Part shown: positions 18,749-28,709 of the stretch, piece by piece | Numbering within the stretch: position 1 is the stretch's first letter | Layout of the letters: every line of letters begins with the position of its first letter | Source of the DNA: Nitrospira sp. | GTDB taxonomy: Bacteria; Nitrospirota; Thermodesulfovibrionia; UBA6902 | Length of the DNA stretch: 64,000 nt | Direction: 5' to 3' | Assembly: GCA_016784355.1 (NCBI GenBank) | Contig: JADHUV010000004.1 | Location: 48,201-112,200, forward strand | Made by a program: the position numbers and the translations under genes | The notes under the pieces: generated by a model | The model's input: only the letters and a program-made list of their open reading frames with translations | Told to the model about the DNA's origin: nothing | The model's database searches: none

Positions 18749-19735
18749 TTAGCTTTTCTGACCTCTGAATTCAGCGATTTCCTCATCCAGGAAGTCACCC
18801 CGGGCATCAAGTATTGCCTGGACAATACCGCCTTGTGTGATATTGATAAGCGCTACGTAGTGAGCGTACTTATCCTTGCCAACCTGTCCGTAGAAAGGTG
18901 CCTTGGAAAATGGCGAGTTGGCCTTGCCAACAAGGTCTGAAGCCTGTCCAATTCCAACTCCAACGAGTACATCATTGACAGCTGCACCGACCTTCTTGTT
19001 GTTGTAACCATCGGTTCCGGCATTCCATACCATTGCAGGAGCGCCTGCAAGAAGAGGGGCTGAGAATCCGCGACCACGATTTTCCCATGATGTAGCTGTG
19101 TCTGGGCGTGGATCTTCAAATGCGTGGTTCATGATGTCCGATTTAACAAGCAGACCGGCCCCCAGAGCTGCATTGGTACCGCCGATTACTGTAGGAGTTG
19201 CATCGACTGAGGTTGCATCATTGTCACATGCTGCAGTAACTGCATAACGTAGAGTCGTAATGCCTGAATTGCTTAAATCAGTGGCCTCTGCAGCAGTCAA
19301 TGCCCTGAGAGTGAACTTCCCTGCGAGCTTGGAACCAAGGCCGCCGCCAATACCGGATACATCTGACTGTCCGCCAAATTTATAGGCTGCTGTTACTGTG
19401 GCGCTGTCCGGCGTTGCAGTGTTATTGATTGTCAGAGATGAATATAAAATTTCATCATAGGCGGGATTATAAGGCAAACAAGCCAGAGATTCCATTTCAG
19501 ACGGAAGACGGCCCTCTGTTGCCTGATAAATCTGAAGGGCATCCTGCACCCCTGCCAGTGTCTGTGTTGCCACGCCACGGGCAGCAGTCGTATCTTGACT
19601 TCCGAATGATGATATCATCGCTCCTCCAATGATGGCCATCACCGTGACGACTACAAGCAGCTCAAGCAAGGTGAAACCGTCCTCGCCCTTTGTATGATTA
19701 AGAACTTTTTTTGATTTGTTTAGAAGGTTACTCAT
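18749..19735 (-). CDS. Long type IV pilin-like protein, probably the major pilin or a pseudopilin
   Basis: GFTLLELLVVVTVMAIIG prepilin motif. 328 aa. First gene of the cluster. Confidence 0.75.
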   Translation of the reverse strand: MSNLLNKSKKVLNHTKGEDGFTLLELLVVVTVMAIIGGAMISSFGSQDTTAARGVATQTLAGVQDALQIYQATEGRLPSEMESLACLPYNPAYDEILYSSLTINNTATPDSATVTAAYKFGGQSDVSGIGGGLGSKLAGKFTLRALTAAEATDLSNSGITTLRYAVTAACDNDATSVDATPTVIGGTNAALGAGLLVKSDIMNHAFEDPRPDTATSWENRGRGFSAPLLAGAPAMVWNAGTDGYNNKKVGAAVNDVLVGVGIGQASDLVGKANSPFSKAPFYGQVGKDKYAHYVALINITQGGIVQAILDARGDFLDEEIAEFRGQKS

Positions 19736-19886
19736 ATTATTTATTTACCTTTCTGTTTGGGTTTATTCAGCATGATCTCTTAATCTGAAAGCCTATCCTG
19801 CTGTGCTATAGTTACTTTTTCTTTTCATAAATCATGCCTTCCGGCCCTCCCAGACAGGTCTTTTATAGCGGTTTATTCCATAGGCG

Positions 19887-20102
19887 TTACCTCCTTAGCT
19901 TTTCAGGATCATAATCTACTACAAAGCGATACTGTTTTCCGCAGTGCAGGATTACCTCCTTTTGTTCACGGCGTAAAATACGCATCTCTACCTTAAGCTC
20001 ACCATATCCGTTATGTCTGAATATCTCATCATAAAGCGTAAGCAGCCGGTCCTTTACAACTTCAGTTTTCGATGTTTTTTGTAAAATCTGTTTTTTATCC
20101 AT
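19887..20102 (-). CDS. Small hypothetical protein
   Basis: 71-aa ORF just upstream of the pilin gene. Confidence 0.3.
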   Translation of the reverse strand: MDKKQILQKTSKTEVVKDRLLTLYDEIFRHNGYGELKVEMRILRREQKEVILHCGKQYRFVVDYDPEKLRR

Positions 20103-20141
20103 GACCGATTAAATTTATTTACTCCTCTTCATAGTATGATA

Positions 20142-20459
20142 TTAAAGAGTGCTTCCTGAAAAAGCTTTTGTTGGCTCCAATTCCTTCAGACAACGAAGAC
20201 AGTTGCGCAGCGTGCACAATCCACATGAGTGATGCATTATCACAGGAATCCCTGAGGCCTTTGCCATGGCGGATGCCTCATGTTTTGCATTATGCGACAC
20301 CTTGTTTGTAAATATAATTAAAGCATCCATGCTTCCCAGTTTTGCCGGTATGCCCTGTTTGTGAGAATTGAAAACCTGTAACTTGATCCCAAGCATTTCT
20401 GCCTCTTTAATGTAATGTCTTTCAAGTCTCTTCATCCCGCCGATAAGCGCTACACACAT
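20142..20459 (-). CDS. Small Cys-rich protein, possibly DUF2325-like
   Basis: C-terminal motif HHSCGLCTLRNCLRC. Confidence 0.3.
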   Translation of the reverse strand: MCVALIGGMKRLERHYIKEAEMLGIKLQVFNSHKQGIPAKLGSMDALIIFTNKVSHNAKHEASAMAKASGIPVIMHHSCGLCTLRNCLRCLKELEPTKAFSGSTL

Positions 20460-20709
20460 AAATTTATTAACCTCCCAGCCTGAGCAAGCAACAAAGGGTT
20501 GCTGGATTAGTTATGATAATGATAACCATTATCAATATACCATTTTAAAAATATACTGTCAAGAGTTTTTTTTCAGTAGTGTGTAGAACACATAAACTTT
20601 CCGATTAAAATTAGCTCAACGGGAGGGCTAATGATGGAAAGGACAGAAGTACAATTTTCCGCCGGGCAATATGTGCAGAAGTAGAAAAATAAAGAACTGA
20701 ATCAGCTTG

Positions 20710-22383
20710 TTAATCTGATGGGGGCAGTGCTGAAGCCTTTGATAAGATAGAGAGTGTGGTTATAATGTATATTGCTCTTACAAGCAACTCGATAGGAAGT
20801 TTACCATTATATTTTCCAAGATCAGGATTAATTTTATCGTGCATCCATTTATCTGTCATCATGTAAACTGTCATTTCATCAGCAGCAGCCCCCCAGTCTA
20901 TGCAGCGGTCTAATTCTGATGAAGATGTGCCGGCGAAGTTCAAATAATAAAGGTTGAAACTTTTCTGCAGCAGGATTCGAATATATTTTTGAAACAGGGC
21001 TTTGCCGTCTATCTCAGACTTGCACTTTATCCTGTAATAACTGGCTACAACTAAAACCCATGCGAAGAGTTCATTGCTGACCGCATGGTGCAGCTCGCTG
21101 ATACTCTTTACCGATAATAAATGCTCAAAGTCTGCAATCCCGGATAATCTCATGTTGGGAAATTCAGTAGCGCAGAGCCACTTATCCACCCTGCCGGGTC
21201 CGCTTGAAACTGAAATATTATATTTAGTCTTATGCCCGATATTATGGTACAGATTAATAGGCTCGCTGTGCACTATACCAACAGATGCAAGCTGCGCCAG
21301 ATCTCCGATATTCACCAATGCCGCCTGGGAAAACTCTTTTTCCTGCAGCCCATTATCATTTAGATAAATCAGATAAGACTCAGCAGGAAGGTAGCAAATC
21401 GCATAGTATGCATGACCCGGATCTATATTTACTTTACCAAGGCAGCTGAGCTGCGCGCCTTTTAAAATCATTTTGTTCATTGAACAAATATACCTGTTGT
21501 TATTAAAAACCAGAGGCTCGGGAAGATAGCTTTCAAGAGATAGGTCAGATTTAGCCAGCCCGAGATAGGCCATCCATCTTGCGTCATCTTCCAGATTTTC
21601 AACTCTCATGGATTCTGAATCCAACCCGGCTCGATCTATCAGAAATTTCATGACTAAGGTCCTGTTATCCTCCGTAGTGATTATAAGAGAGCGGCCTGCC
21701 TCTTTAAAAGTTTTTATGCCGGAAGATAATTTAAGCCGTACAAGCTCGTCTATATTCTCAAAAGTCTCTATGGTTTCATAGTTGAACTTTATATCCGCTA
21801 AACGGGACCGCGGACTTGCAAGGACTTTATTAATCTGAACTCCCTCAATCAGGGCCATGGAAATTTCCCAATAATTAAATGCCTTTTTTTGATAACTGCT
21901 CACTATTCTGTCATAAGGATTTCGCCTTATATAGGGTTCAGGATTTAAAAATAAATCAAGCATGCTAATGCCCTTAAGGGCATACGGGTATTTTCTGGTC
22001 ATATTGTATAAAGCTAAAGTTACGCCAAACCGCACTCCTCTTTCCTGATGCTTTAATGCTGTAACCAAATCAGGTATGGCCGACTTGCCTATCTCAACTA
22101 AAGTATCTGCAACAGTTTCAGTAAAGCCTCCTCCCCAAAATTGAGTACCGTTCAGGGAAGCTATCAAAGCAGAAATTATCTTTTCTCTGTCCAGTAGTTC
22201 CAATTCCTGAAAATGGCTTTTAATGAGTTGGTTTAATTCATTTAGAGCGTCAAGACGAGAGGCGGTATATAATTTATCGATTAGCGCCTCTAACTCCAGT
22301 AGCACTGAATTAATATCAATTGAGTCAACAGGATTGGCGCACTTATTAATTGCCGATACTTTTTCGTTTATATTTTTATTCAA
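20710..22383 (-). CDS. Large hypothetical protein with N-terminal HEAT-like repeats
   Basis: 557-aa ORF in AT-rich DNA with no catalytic motif recognised. Confidence 0.45.
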   Translation of the reverse strand: MNKNINEKVSAINKCANPVDSIDINSVLLELEALIDKLYTASRLDALNELNQLIKSHFQELELLDREKIISALIASLNGTQFWGGGFTETVADTLVEIGKSAIPDLVTALKHQERGVRFGVTLALYNMTRKYPYALKGISMLDLFLNPEPYIRRNPYDRIVSSYQKKAFNYWEISMALIEGVQINKVLASPRSRLADIKFNYETIETFENIDELVRLKLSSGIKTFKEAGRSLIITTEDNRTLVMKFLIDRAGLDSESMRVENLEDDARWMAYLGLAKSDLSLESYLPEPLVFNNNRYICSMNKMILKGAQLSCLGKVNIDPGHAYYAICYLPAESYLIYLNDNGLQEKEFSQAALVNIGDLAQLASVGIVHSEPINLYHNIGHKTKYNISVSSGPGRVDKWLCATEFPNMRLSGIADFEHLLSVKSISELHHAVSNELFAWVLVVASYYRIKCKSEIDGKALFQKYIRILLQKSFNLYYLNFAGTSSSELDRCIDWGAAADEMTVYMMTDKWMHDKINPDLGKYNGKLPIELLVRAIYIITTLSILSKASALPPSD

Positions 22384-22685
22384 TGGTTTAAATGTTTCAG
22401 ACAGGATCTATGGCTCTATAGAGTAACATAGGAATAACTGCGTGAAGTAAATGATTGACCGCTCTTTCCGGTACGCGTAAACAGCAGCTGGTATAGATAC
22501 CCATTGTAACATAATTTATGGAATCGCCATTTCGAAATTTAGAACTTGTCAATAGATATACTTTTTTCTTATAGCTGCTTGAAACAGCGAATAATGAATA
22601 TCGGACAAGAAATATCGAATAACGATGACAACGCCACCGATAAGTATATCTATCCTATTTACAACTGATATCTTATAATGATCTC

Positions 22686-23309
22686 ATGCCCCATTTACTT
22701 GAAATATATTCCGATTATATATGACCCTGGTGCTACTTCATTACCGGGCGTATTGAACGACTGAATAAGGAATATGAACTTGATGTCCGCTGGAGAGCAT
22801 TTCCTCTGCATACTGAAACACCTGAGGCGGGGACTCTTTTGAAAGATCTCTTCTCTAACTTCAGTAGCGATGACCTGATGAATATGAAACGCCGCATGAA
22901 AGAAGCAGCGGCTGAAGCTGGTTTGCCTTTTGGTGATCGGGATCGGACTTTTAACAGTCGCCTTGCACAGGAATTGGGCAAATGGGCTGAAAGAAATAAT
23001 AAGGGAGATGCATTTCAACACGCGATATTTAAGGCCTATTTTTCAGAGGGGATAAATATCGCCAAAATTCCCGCTCTTATAAATCTAGCTGCCTCAATTG
23101 GTCTGCCCCGTGAGGAAGCCGAGGTAGTACTTTTGCAAAGAACATTTAAAACAGATGTGGATGAGGATTGGTTGCTTTCGCAAAAGAACGGGATTACCGC
23201 TGTTCCCACATTTGTTATGAATAAAGAAAAATTAATCGGAGCGCAGCCATATGAGATGCTGGTAAATTTTATGGAAACGCAGGGCGTGCAGAAGAGAATT
23301 ATTTCATAA
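22686..23309 (+). CDS. DsbA/FrnE-family thiol-disulfide oxidoreductase, predicted selenoprotein with UGA-Sec at 22722-22724
   Basis: ATG at 22686 reads MPHLLEIYSDYI-[TGA]-PWCYFITGRIERL. This runs straight into the 22839..23309 ORF. The TGA sits where the first Cys of the DsbA CPWC motif is expected. A hairpin lies at 22737-22757, 12 nt downstream. Confidence 0.7.
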
Positions 23310-23383
23310 GATTGCACTTTCCAATAATTTGCCTTAGAAACTTAAATTAAAAGAGAGGTATCAGTATTAAAACTATAAGCATA

Positions 23384-24154
23384 TTGGGAAGCGGTTGGCT
23401 CGGGCTGCCTTTAGCCGGGCATTTAGTTTCTATGGGGCATTCTGTTAAGGCCTCGACAACGTCAGAAGGTCGTGTCTCAGAATTAACGACTATTAATGCT
23501 GCCCCTTTCCTAATTGATATTGGAAGTTTGTCCAGCAGCATCCAAGGTTTCCTTCAATCTAATATTCTCATAATCAACATACCTTCAAAGAACATAGACG
23601 GTTTTAGCGGCCTGATAAAAGAGATTGAAAAATCTGATATAGAAAAAATAATATTTATTAGTTCCACTTCCGTATATGAAGACAAAAACAAAACAATATT
23701 AGAATCAGATGGTGAAGAGTCAGGACTCAGTCCTTTGATTACAATTGAAAACCTCTTCAGAAACTGCGGTAAAGTTAAAACTACCATTGTCAGGTTTGGC
23801 GGGTTAATTGGATACAGCCGTAATCCCGGTATGTTTTTTAGCAGCGGGCGGCTTGTCAGTAATCCTGATTCTAATGTAAATCTTATTCACCGTGATGATT
23901 GTATTGGAATTATCAGTCAGATTATAGAGCAGGGAATTTGGGGTGAGGTGTTTAATTGCTGCACTGATACTCATCCTTCAAAAAGGGAATTTTATACTCG
24001 AGCGGCAGAATCTATAGGGATGCCTGCTCCAGAGTTTGTAGATGCAGATTCAAAGTCATATAAAATAATCAGCAATGAAAAAGTGAAGCAGGTTTTAAAT
24101 TATAAGTTTTTACATCCGGATTTAATGAAAATTAATTTTGAGAAAATCACATAA
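23384..24154 (+). CDS. NAD-dependent epimerase/dehydratase (SDR) family protein; the true start may be a few codons upstream at a non-ATG codon
   Basis: ILGSGWLG Rossmann start. 256 aa. Confidence 0.6.
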   Translation: MGSGWLGLPLAGHLVSMGHSVKASTTSEGRVSELTTINAAPFLIDIGSLSSSIQGFLQSNILIINIPSKNIDGFSGLIKEIEKSDIEKIIFISSTSVYEDKNKTILESDGEESGLSPLITIENLFRNCGKVKTTIVRFGGLIGYSRNPGMFFSSGRLVSNPDSNVNLIHRDDCIGIISQIIEQGIWGEVFNCCTDTHPSKREFYTRAAESIGMPAPEFVDADSKSYKIISNEKVKQVLNYKFLHPDLMKINFEKIT

Positions 24155-24593
24155 TAAAAGTAGCAGACTAAGGCTCTGAGATAAATAGTATAATTCTCAT
24201 GTTACGCAGCTTTCTCAAGACGCGCTTATAATCTTGATGGATACTTTGTTTTGGCATCGGCAATAGCTCAAAAAGCAGGATGCTGCTTTTGGTAAACAAT
24301 GATAATCGTCTTGAACAGGTTGCACAGTTTTTTGAAAACACAATGACATACTATGTAGGGGCAGGTTTCAAACCTGCCCTTATATTCATTGCACCTATAG
24401 GCCTTGCGTGCTGCGTAGACGACAATAAACAGCGAATATCGAATTTCGAATAAGGAATGTCGAATGATGAAGGGAACGGCATAGAAGATTTTATTTTTTA
24501 CTTCGACATTCTCTTTTTCTGAATTCACTTTTATCTTTTTTAAATGCACTATACTGTGTATGCTCAGGCTGCAAAGAAAACAGGAGTATATTA

Positions 24594-25124
24594 GTGGCAT
24601 TAAAACCGACAATTTATAAATTAAAGATTACCTTATCTGATATCGACCGCGAGTATTATGAGACTCTGAATTTAACAGTAGCTCAACATCCTTCCGAAAC
24701 ACTTGAGCGAATGATGGCCCGCGTTCTGGCATACTGCATTAATGCGCAGGAACAGCTGGTATTTACCCAGGGAGTTTGTGCCGTGGATGAACCTGACATA
24801 TGGGCGCGCACATTGGATAATCAATTATCACTATGGATAGAGGTGGGCGAGCCGTCTGTTGATAAGATAAGAAAAGCTACACGCCTTTCTCAAACCGTTA
24901 TCGTTTATAGCTTTAATTCAAAATCGAATACATGGTGGGAGCAGGGACGCGCAAAAATCAATGAGCTAACGGCTTCTGTTTTTCAGATTCAGTGGAACAG
25001 TATTCAGGTATTGGCTGCACTGGTGAAGCGTACCATGGGTCTTTCAATTACTATTACGGAAGGTACTGCGTATATCACTGCCGAGGACGGGGGATGTGAG
25101 GTGTCCTGGGTGCTGTTGAATTAA
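24594..25124 (+). CDS. yaeQ: YaeQ family protein
   Basis: MALKPTIYKLKITLSDIDREYYE matches the YaeQ N-terminus. Confidence 0.75.
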   Translation: MALKPTIYKLKITLSDIDREYYETLNLTVAQHPSETLERMMARVLAYCINAQEQLVFTQGVCAVDEPDIWARTLDNQLSLWIEVGEPSVDKIRKATRLSQTVIVYSFNSKSNTWWEQGRAKINELTASVFQIQWNSIQVLAALVKRTMGLSITITEGTAYITAEDGGCEVSWVLLN

Positions 25125-25234
25125 ACAGCGAATGACGAATATCGAACAAGGAATATCGAATGATGAAGTTAACAGCAAGGAAGATGTCGAAGGCTGTTTT
25201 TTAACTTCGATATTCTCTTTTAAAACTCTCTATC

Positions 25235-25561
25235 TCAGGCTGCATCACGAGTAGCTTTAACCGTAAGCACTATATGTTCATGCGCCTGCAGAGCCTTAAT
25301 TATCTCAATGATATTATCAGCTCGTGGATTACCGCTGGGGCCGAGCATGCGGTGAAGACTTTTCCCGGATTTGCTGATTTTTTTGGCAAGCCCTTCGAAG
25401 GTTATGGTAGCATTTATATAATCTCGGAGAATGGCCTTGCCTGCATAAAGGTCTCCTGCCAATAACTCATTAACCGCCTCTACTAACAGTTCTCTTCTGA
25501 AAGCTGCATCCTTTTCAGCACGCTTTAGAATCGTCTCCCTGAAATTTCTGGTTATAGCCAT
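25235..25561 (-). CDS. Addiction-module antidote, an HTH DNA-binding protein
   Basis: GLAKKISKSGKSLHRMLGPSGNPRADNIIEIIKAL resembles the antidote family that pairs with RelE/ParE-like killer proteins. Confidence 0.65.
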   Translation of the reverse strand: MAITRNFRETILKRAEKDAAFRRELLVEAVNELLAGDLYAGKAILRDYINATITFEGLAKKISKSGKSLHRMLGPSGNPRADNIIEIIKALQAHEHIVLTVKATRDAA

Positions 25562-25575
25562 AATATTACCAACCT

Positions 25576-25905
25576 CTATATTTTCTTATCTGCTTTATAA
25601 TACCGCCACGATGCATGCGCGTTCTCGATGTCTTTATTCTGCATCTTTTTACTTCCTCCACCCAGAAGGATAATCAGCTGATTACCTTCTCTGCCAAAAT
25701 ATATTCTGTAACCAGGGCCAAAATTAATCCTATGCTCCATGACTCCCTTGCCTACTTACTTAACGTTAGACAAATTGCCCAACTTCAACTTGTACAGTGC
25801 TGTTGTTACTTTTGCGGCTGCGGTTGCATCCAGAGAGTTGAACCACTCCTCGAAGAGAGATTTGCCGTCTCGTAGATATTCGATTATTGTTAATTTATTA
25901 TTCAT
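25576..25905 (-). pseudogene. RelE/ParE-like addiction-module killer gene interrupted by an in-frame TAA at 25756-25758
   Basis: The minus strand reads MNNKLTIIEYLRDGKSLFEEWFNSLD...LGNLSNVK-[TAA]-VGKGVMEHRINFGPGYRIYFGREGNQLIILLGGGSKK. The conserved GPGYRIYF...LLxGGxK core is intact on either side of the stop. Confidence 0.6.
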
Positions 25906-26631
25906 AATGGTAACACATATGTTACTTATGGTCAATGGTTATTTGATATTACAGCCTGCAATACCTGCTATTAAATCTCGATTCATTCAGGCGTAATAAA
26001 AAATAGAAGGATGAGTGTTCCGCATAATAATCTATACGCGAAAAAAATACTCCAGCAGTTTTTGAATGGAAAACTACAGTCCCTGTCCCCTTAATGACCG
26101 TTAATTATAGCATTTAACAGCGAATATCGAATATCGAACAAGGAATGTCGAATGATGAAGTAAACGGCGCGGAAGAGTATGATCTTTGTCTTTATACTTC
26201 GACATTCGAAATTCGTCAATCGATATTCGACATTCTCCTTTAATCCTTTCATTCTTTTTTTCTTCCCCTGTCGGAATTTCTTACTCGGCAGATAATTGAT
26301 AAAAAAAGCTTTTGATCAAAAGGGTTATAAATATATTCTGGGTGAAAATCCTAACGACCGTTTGATATTGTCGGTATTACTTACAATAAAATGCATAAAA
26401 AATGGCATGAATAAATGATTAATAATAAATAAGCAATAAAATCAGTGTGTTACGGATTTGATGTGCAGTGGCCCTGTATTTGCAGGTATATAATAGATTT
26501 ATATGAAAAATATAAACCCAATAAAATCAGCCACTTATCAGTTGGTTTTATCAGCATTTAAATACAGCTTTCACAAATATATTTATAAGTAACGCGTTGC
26601 CCGGTTGCCGGGCAAGCAGGGAGGGACAACT

Positions 26632-26778
26632 GACCGACTTTCCCTAATACAGAGCAGGAGGACCTTGATAGTGACGGTCAAGGAGACGTAAGACTGAATA
26701 TTAGCCATAACTGTCCTGGTGTTGTAAATCCAGGACAGGAAGATATTAATCAGGATGGGTATGGAGATGCATGTTAAC
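26632..26778 (+). pseudogene. Fragment of a thrombospondin type-3-like calcium-binding repeat (DxDxDGxGDxCD), with no start codon
   Basis: Reads DSDGQGD...NCPGVVNPGQEDINQDGYGDAC and is preceded by an in-frame stop. About 48 codons only. Confidence 0.4.
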
Positions 26779-26820
26779 ACGAGATCTTATACCGAGCAAT
26801 GATTATGACAGGGAGGAAAT

Positions 26821-28692
26821 ATGAGGAAGTTCAGCACACGAAATTTATTGATTATTAATAAGGCCCGGCAATGCCTTTTTGTTATAGGTCTGTTATTGGC
26901 CTTCACAATACCGGCATCCGCCTCAATCCCCGGCAGCATCAATTATCAGGGATATCTATCTGACGGCGCTGGTAATCCGGTCAGTGCTACTGTCAGCATT
27001 ACATTCTCTTTGTATAATGTAGACACGGCCGGAACATTTCTATGGACCGAGGCCCAATCGGTTGCAGTAATCAGCGGAGTCTTTGATGTAACGCTGGGGA
27101 ATCCTGCGAACCCATTGCCTGCAGGATTGTTTGAAGATCCTTTATGGCTTGGTATTAATGTGGCCGGTGATGGCGAGATGGTTCCGCGAAAAGCCCTGGC
27201 CAGTGTTGCATTTTCCTTCAAGGCCAATGATGCGTATACGGTCGGCGGCCGAACTGCGGCCAGCCTGGATCAGGCTGATCATGTATTGGATACAGGTAAT
27301 CCGCATCACATAACTACAGCACAGCTTCCTGCTGATATCACGCGCGACAGTGAGATTATGCCCATTGTACTGCTAAGAGATGGCCCCGGCTCTACACTTG
27401 ATGCCGATACAATTGATGGTCTTGATTCGAGCGATTTTTTTAATACAGCCAGTGATTATGGCCGGTATAAAGTTGCTAATGATCTCTACGAAGGAACCTC
27501 CACCCTGAGCTTTAAGTATGTTAATACGACCGGAGATACAATGACCGGCAATCTTAGTGTTATGGAACGTGTTGGGATTGGCATAGAAACTCCTTTGGCC
27601 AGGCTTCATGTACTGGAAAGCAATACGTCAGCTTCTGGACTGTTTGAAACCGGAGTCTCACAAAACTGGATCGGGTTTTCTACTTCCAATGGTTATCAAG
27701 GTTACGCCGGAGTCTTTTCCGGTGCTGATGATATAGAGATAGGGACCGGTCTGGGTAATACTACGGGCAGTGTAAATCTGGCCATAGGTACAATTCCAAA
27801 GCTCACGGTTAATCAGGAAGGCAATGTCGGCATTGGAACAACAAGTCCTGTTTACGGTCTGGACGTGCGCGGCAGTTCCAGCGGCTATCTTGGTTATTTT
27901 TTGAATGACAATAATTCAGTCGGGACAAGCAGTGATGCCTTTGGTATATTCGCCAGCGGTGATGCCTACGGCACAGTGACCGGCGAGGCTGTAGGTGGTG
28001 CCTTTACCGCTTACGGAGGAAGTTCGCAGGGGACTGCCTATGGAGTTCAGGTTTTCACAAATGCATATGGTTCCGCTGATGCGTATGGGGTCTATAGCGA
28101 TGCTACCGGCGGCTCAACGACCGGCAGAGAGTTCGCATTTTTTGGAAGAGGCAATAGTATATTTACCGGTAAGGTTGGAATCGGTACTGATGATCCTCAG
28201 GCAAAACTGCATGTTGATGGTCAGATAAAGATACAGGGCGGCTATTATGCAAATGGTGTGCTTTCATCCTTTGGTTACCACGTCAATGATTGTGACGGAG
28301 TAACTGAAAAGTTTGTACATATGGCTGCCCAGGGCGGCGTGGACTACGGCCTGTGCATGGAGAAAAATGAGCGTCCTGCTCAGGTATGGGGTGATGCATC
28401 TGAGACCTGTAAAATGCAGGGAAAGCGCCTGCCCGATTATGTTGAGTGGAGGAAGGCCTGTGACGGCTATACGTCTGGAGCGCCAGGCACACCGGATCCA
28501 TTTTATTCCAACATAACCGGCAACTATGAATGGGCTTCGTCTCGTCCCTCTGTACTTAACAGCGATGGAATGCGCGGACCATCTTCTGTATTAGCAGGGA
28601 TGCTAAGCTGCGAGACAACGTATGCAGACCGGGTCGATAGAGGCAATCATGTTGATAGCAGATATCAATACACCTTCCGATGCGTTCGATAA
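26821..28692 (+). CDS. Secreted protein with fibre-like VGIGT-x-P-x-AxLHV repeats and a C-terminal FGE-sulfatase / C-type-lectin-fold domain
   Basis: Signal peptide present. Repeats are VGIGIETPLARLHV, VGIGTTSPVYGLDV and VGIGTDDPQAKLHV. The C-terminus reads GKRLPDYVEWRKAC...YEWASS...FRCVR. Confidence 0.6.
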   Translation: MRKFSTRNLLIINKARQCLFVIGLLLAFTIPASASIPGSINYQGYLSDGAGNPVSATVSITFSLYNVDTAGTFLWTEAQSVAVISGVFDVTLGNPANPLPAGLFEDPLWLGINVAGDGEMVPRKALASVAFSFKANDAYTVGGRTAASLDQADHVLDTGNPHHITTAQLPADITRDSEIMPIVLLRDGPGSTLDADTIDGLDSSDFFNTASDYGRYKVANDLYEGTSTLSFKYVNTTGDTMTGNLSVMERVGIGIETPLARLHVLESNTSASGLFETGVSQNWIGFSTSNGYQGYAGVFSGADDIEIGTGLGNTTGSVNLAIGTIPKLTVNQEGNVGIGTTSPVYGLDVRGSSSGYLGYFLNDNNSVGTSSDAFGIFASGDAYGTVTGEAVGGAFTAYGGSSQGTAYGVQVFTNAYGSADAYGVYSDATGGSTTGREFAFFGRGNSIFTGKVGIGTDDPQAKLHVDGQIKIQGGYYANGVLSSFGYHVNDCDGVTEKFVHMAAQGGVDYGLCMEKNERPAQVWGDASETCKMQGKRLPDYVEWRKACDGYTSGAPGTPDPFYSNITGNYEWASSRPSVLNSDGMRGPSSVLAGMLSCETTYADRVDRGNHVDSRYQYTFRCVR

Positions 28693-28709
28693 GAGTGCAT
28701 TATTAAAAG

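Noticed and set aside
25756-25758. In-frame TAA in the killer gene, and TAG at 55910-55912 in RloB, as possible stop-codon recoding
   Set aside because: Unlike the three UGA sites, these have no Cys-motif context and no evidence of a reassigned code. Essential genes such as mfd, alaS and rpsF terminate normally with TAA or TAG. Pseudogenisation is the simpler explanation.
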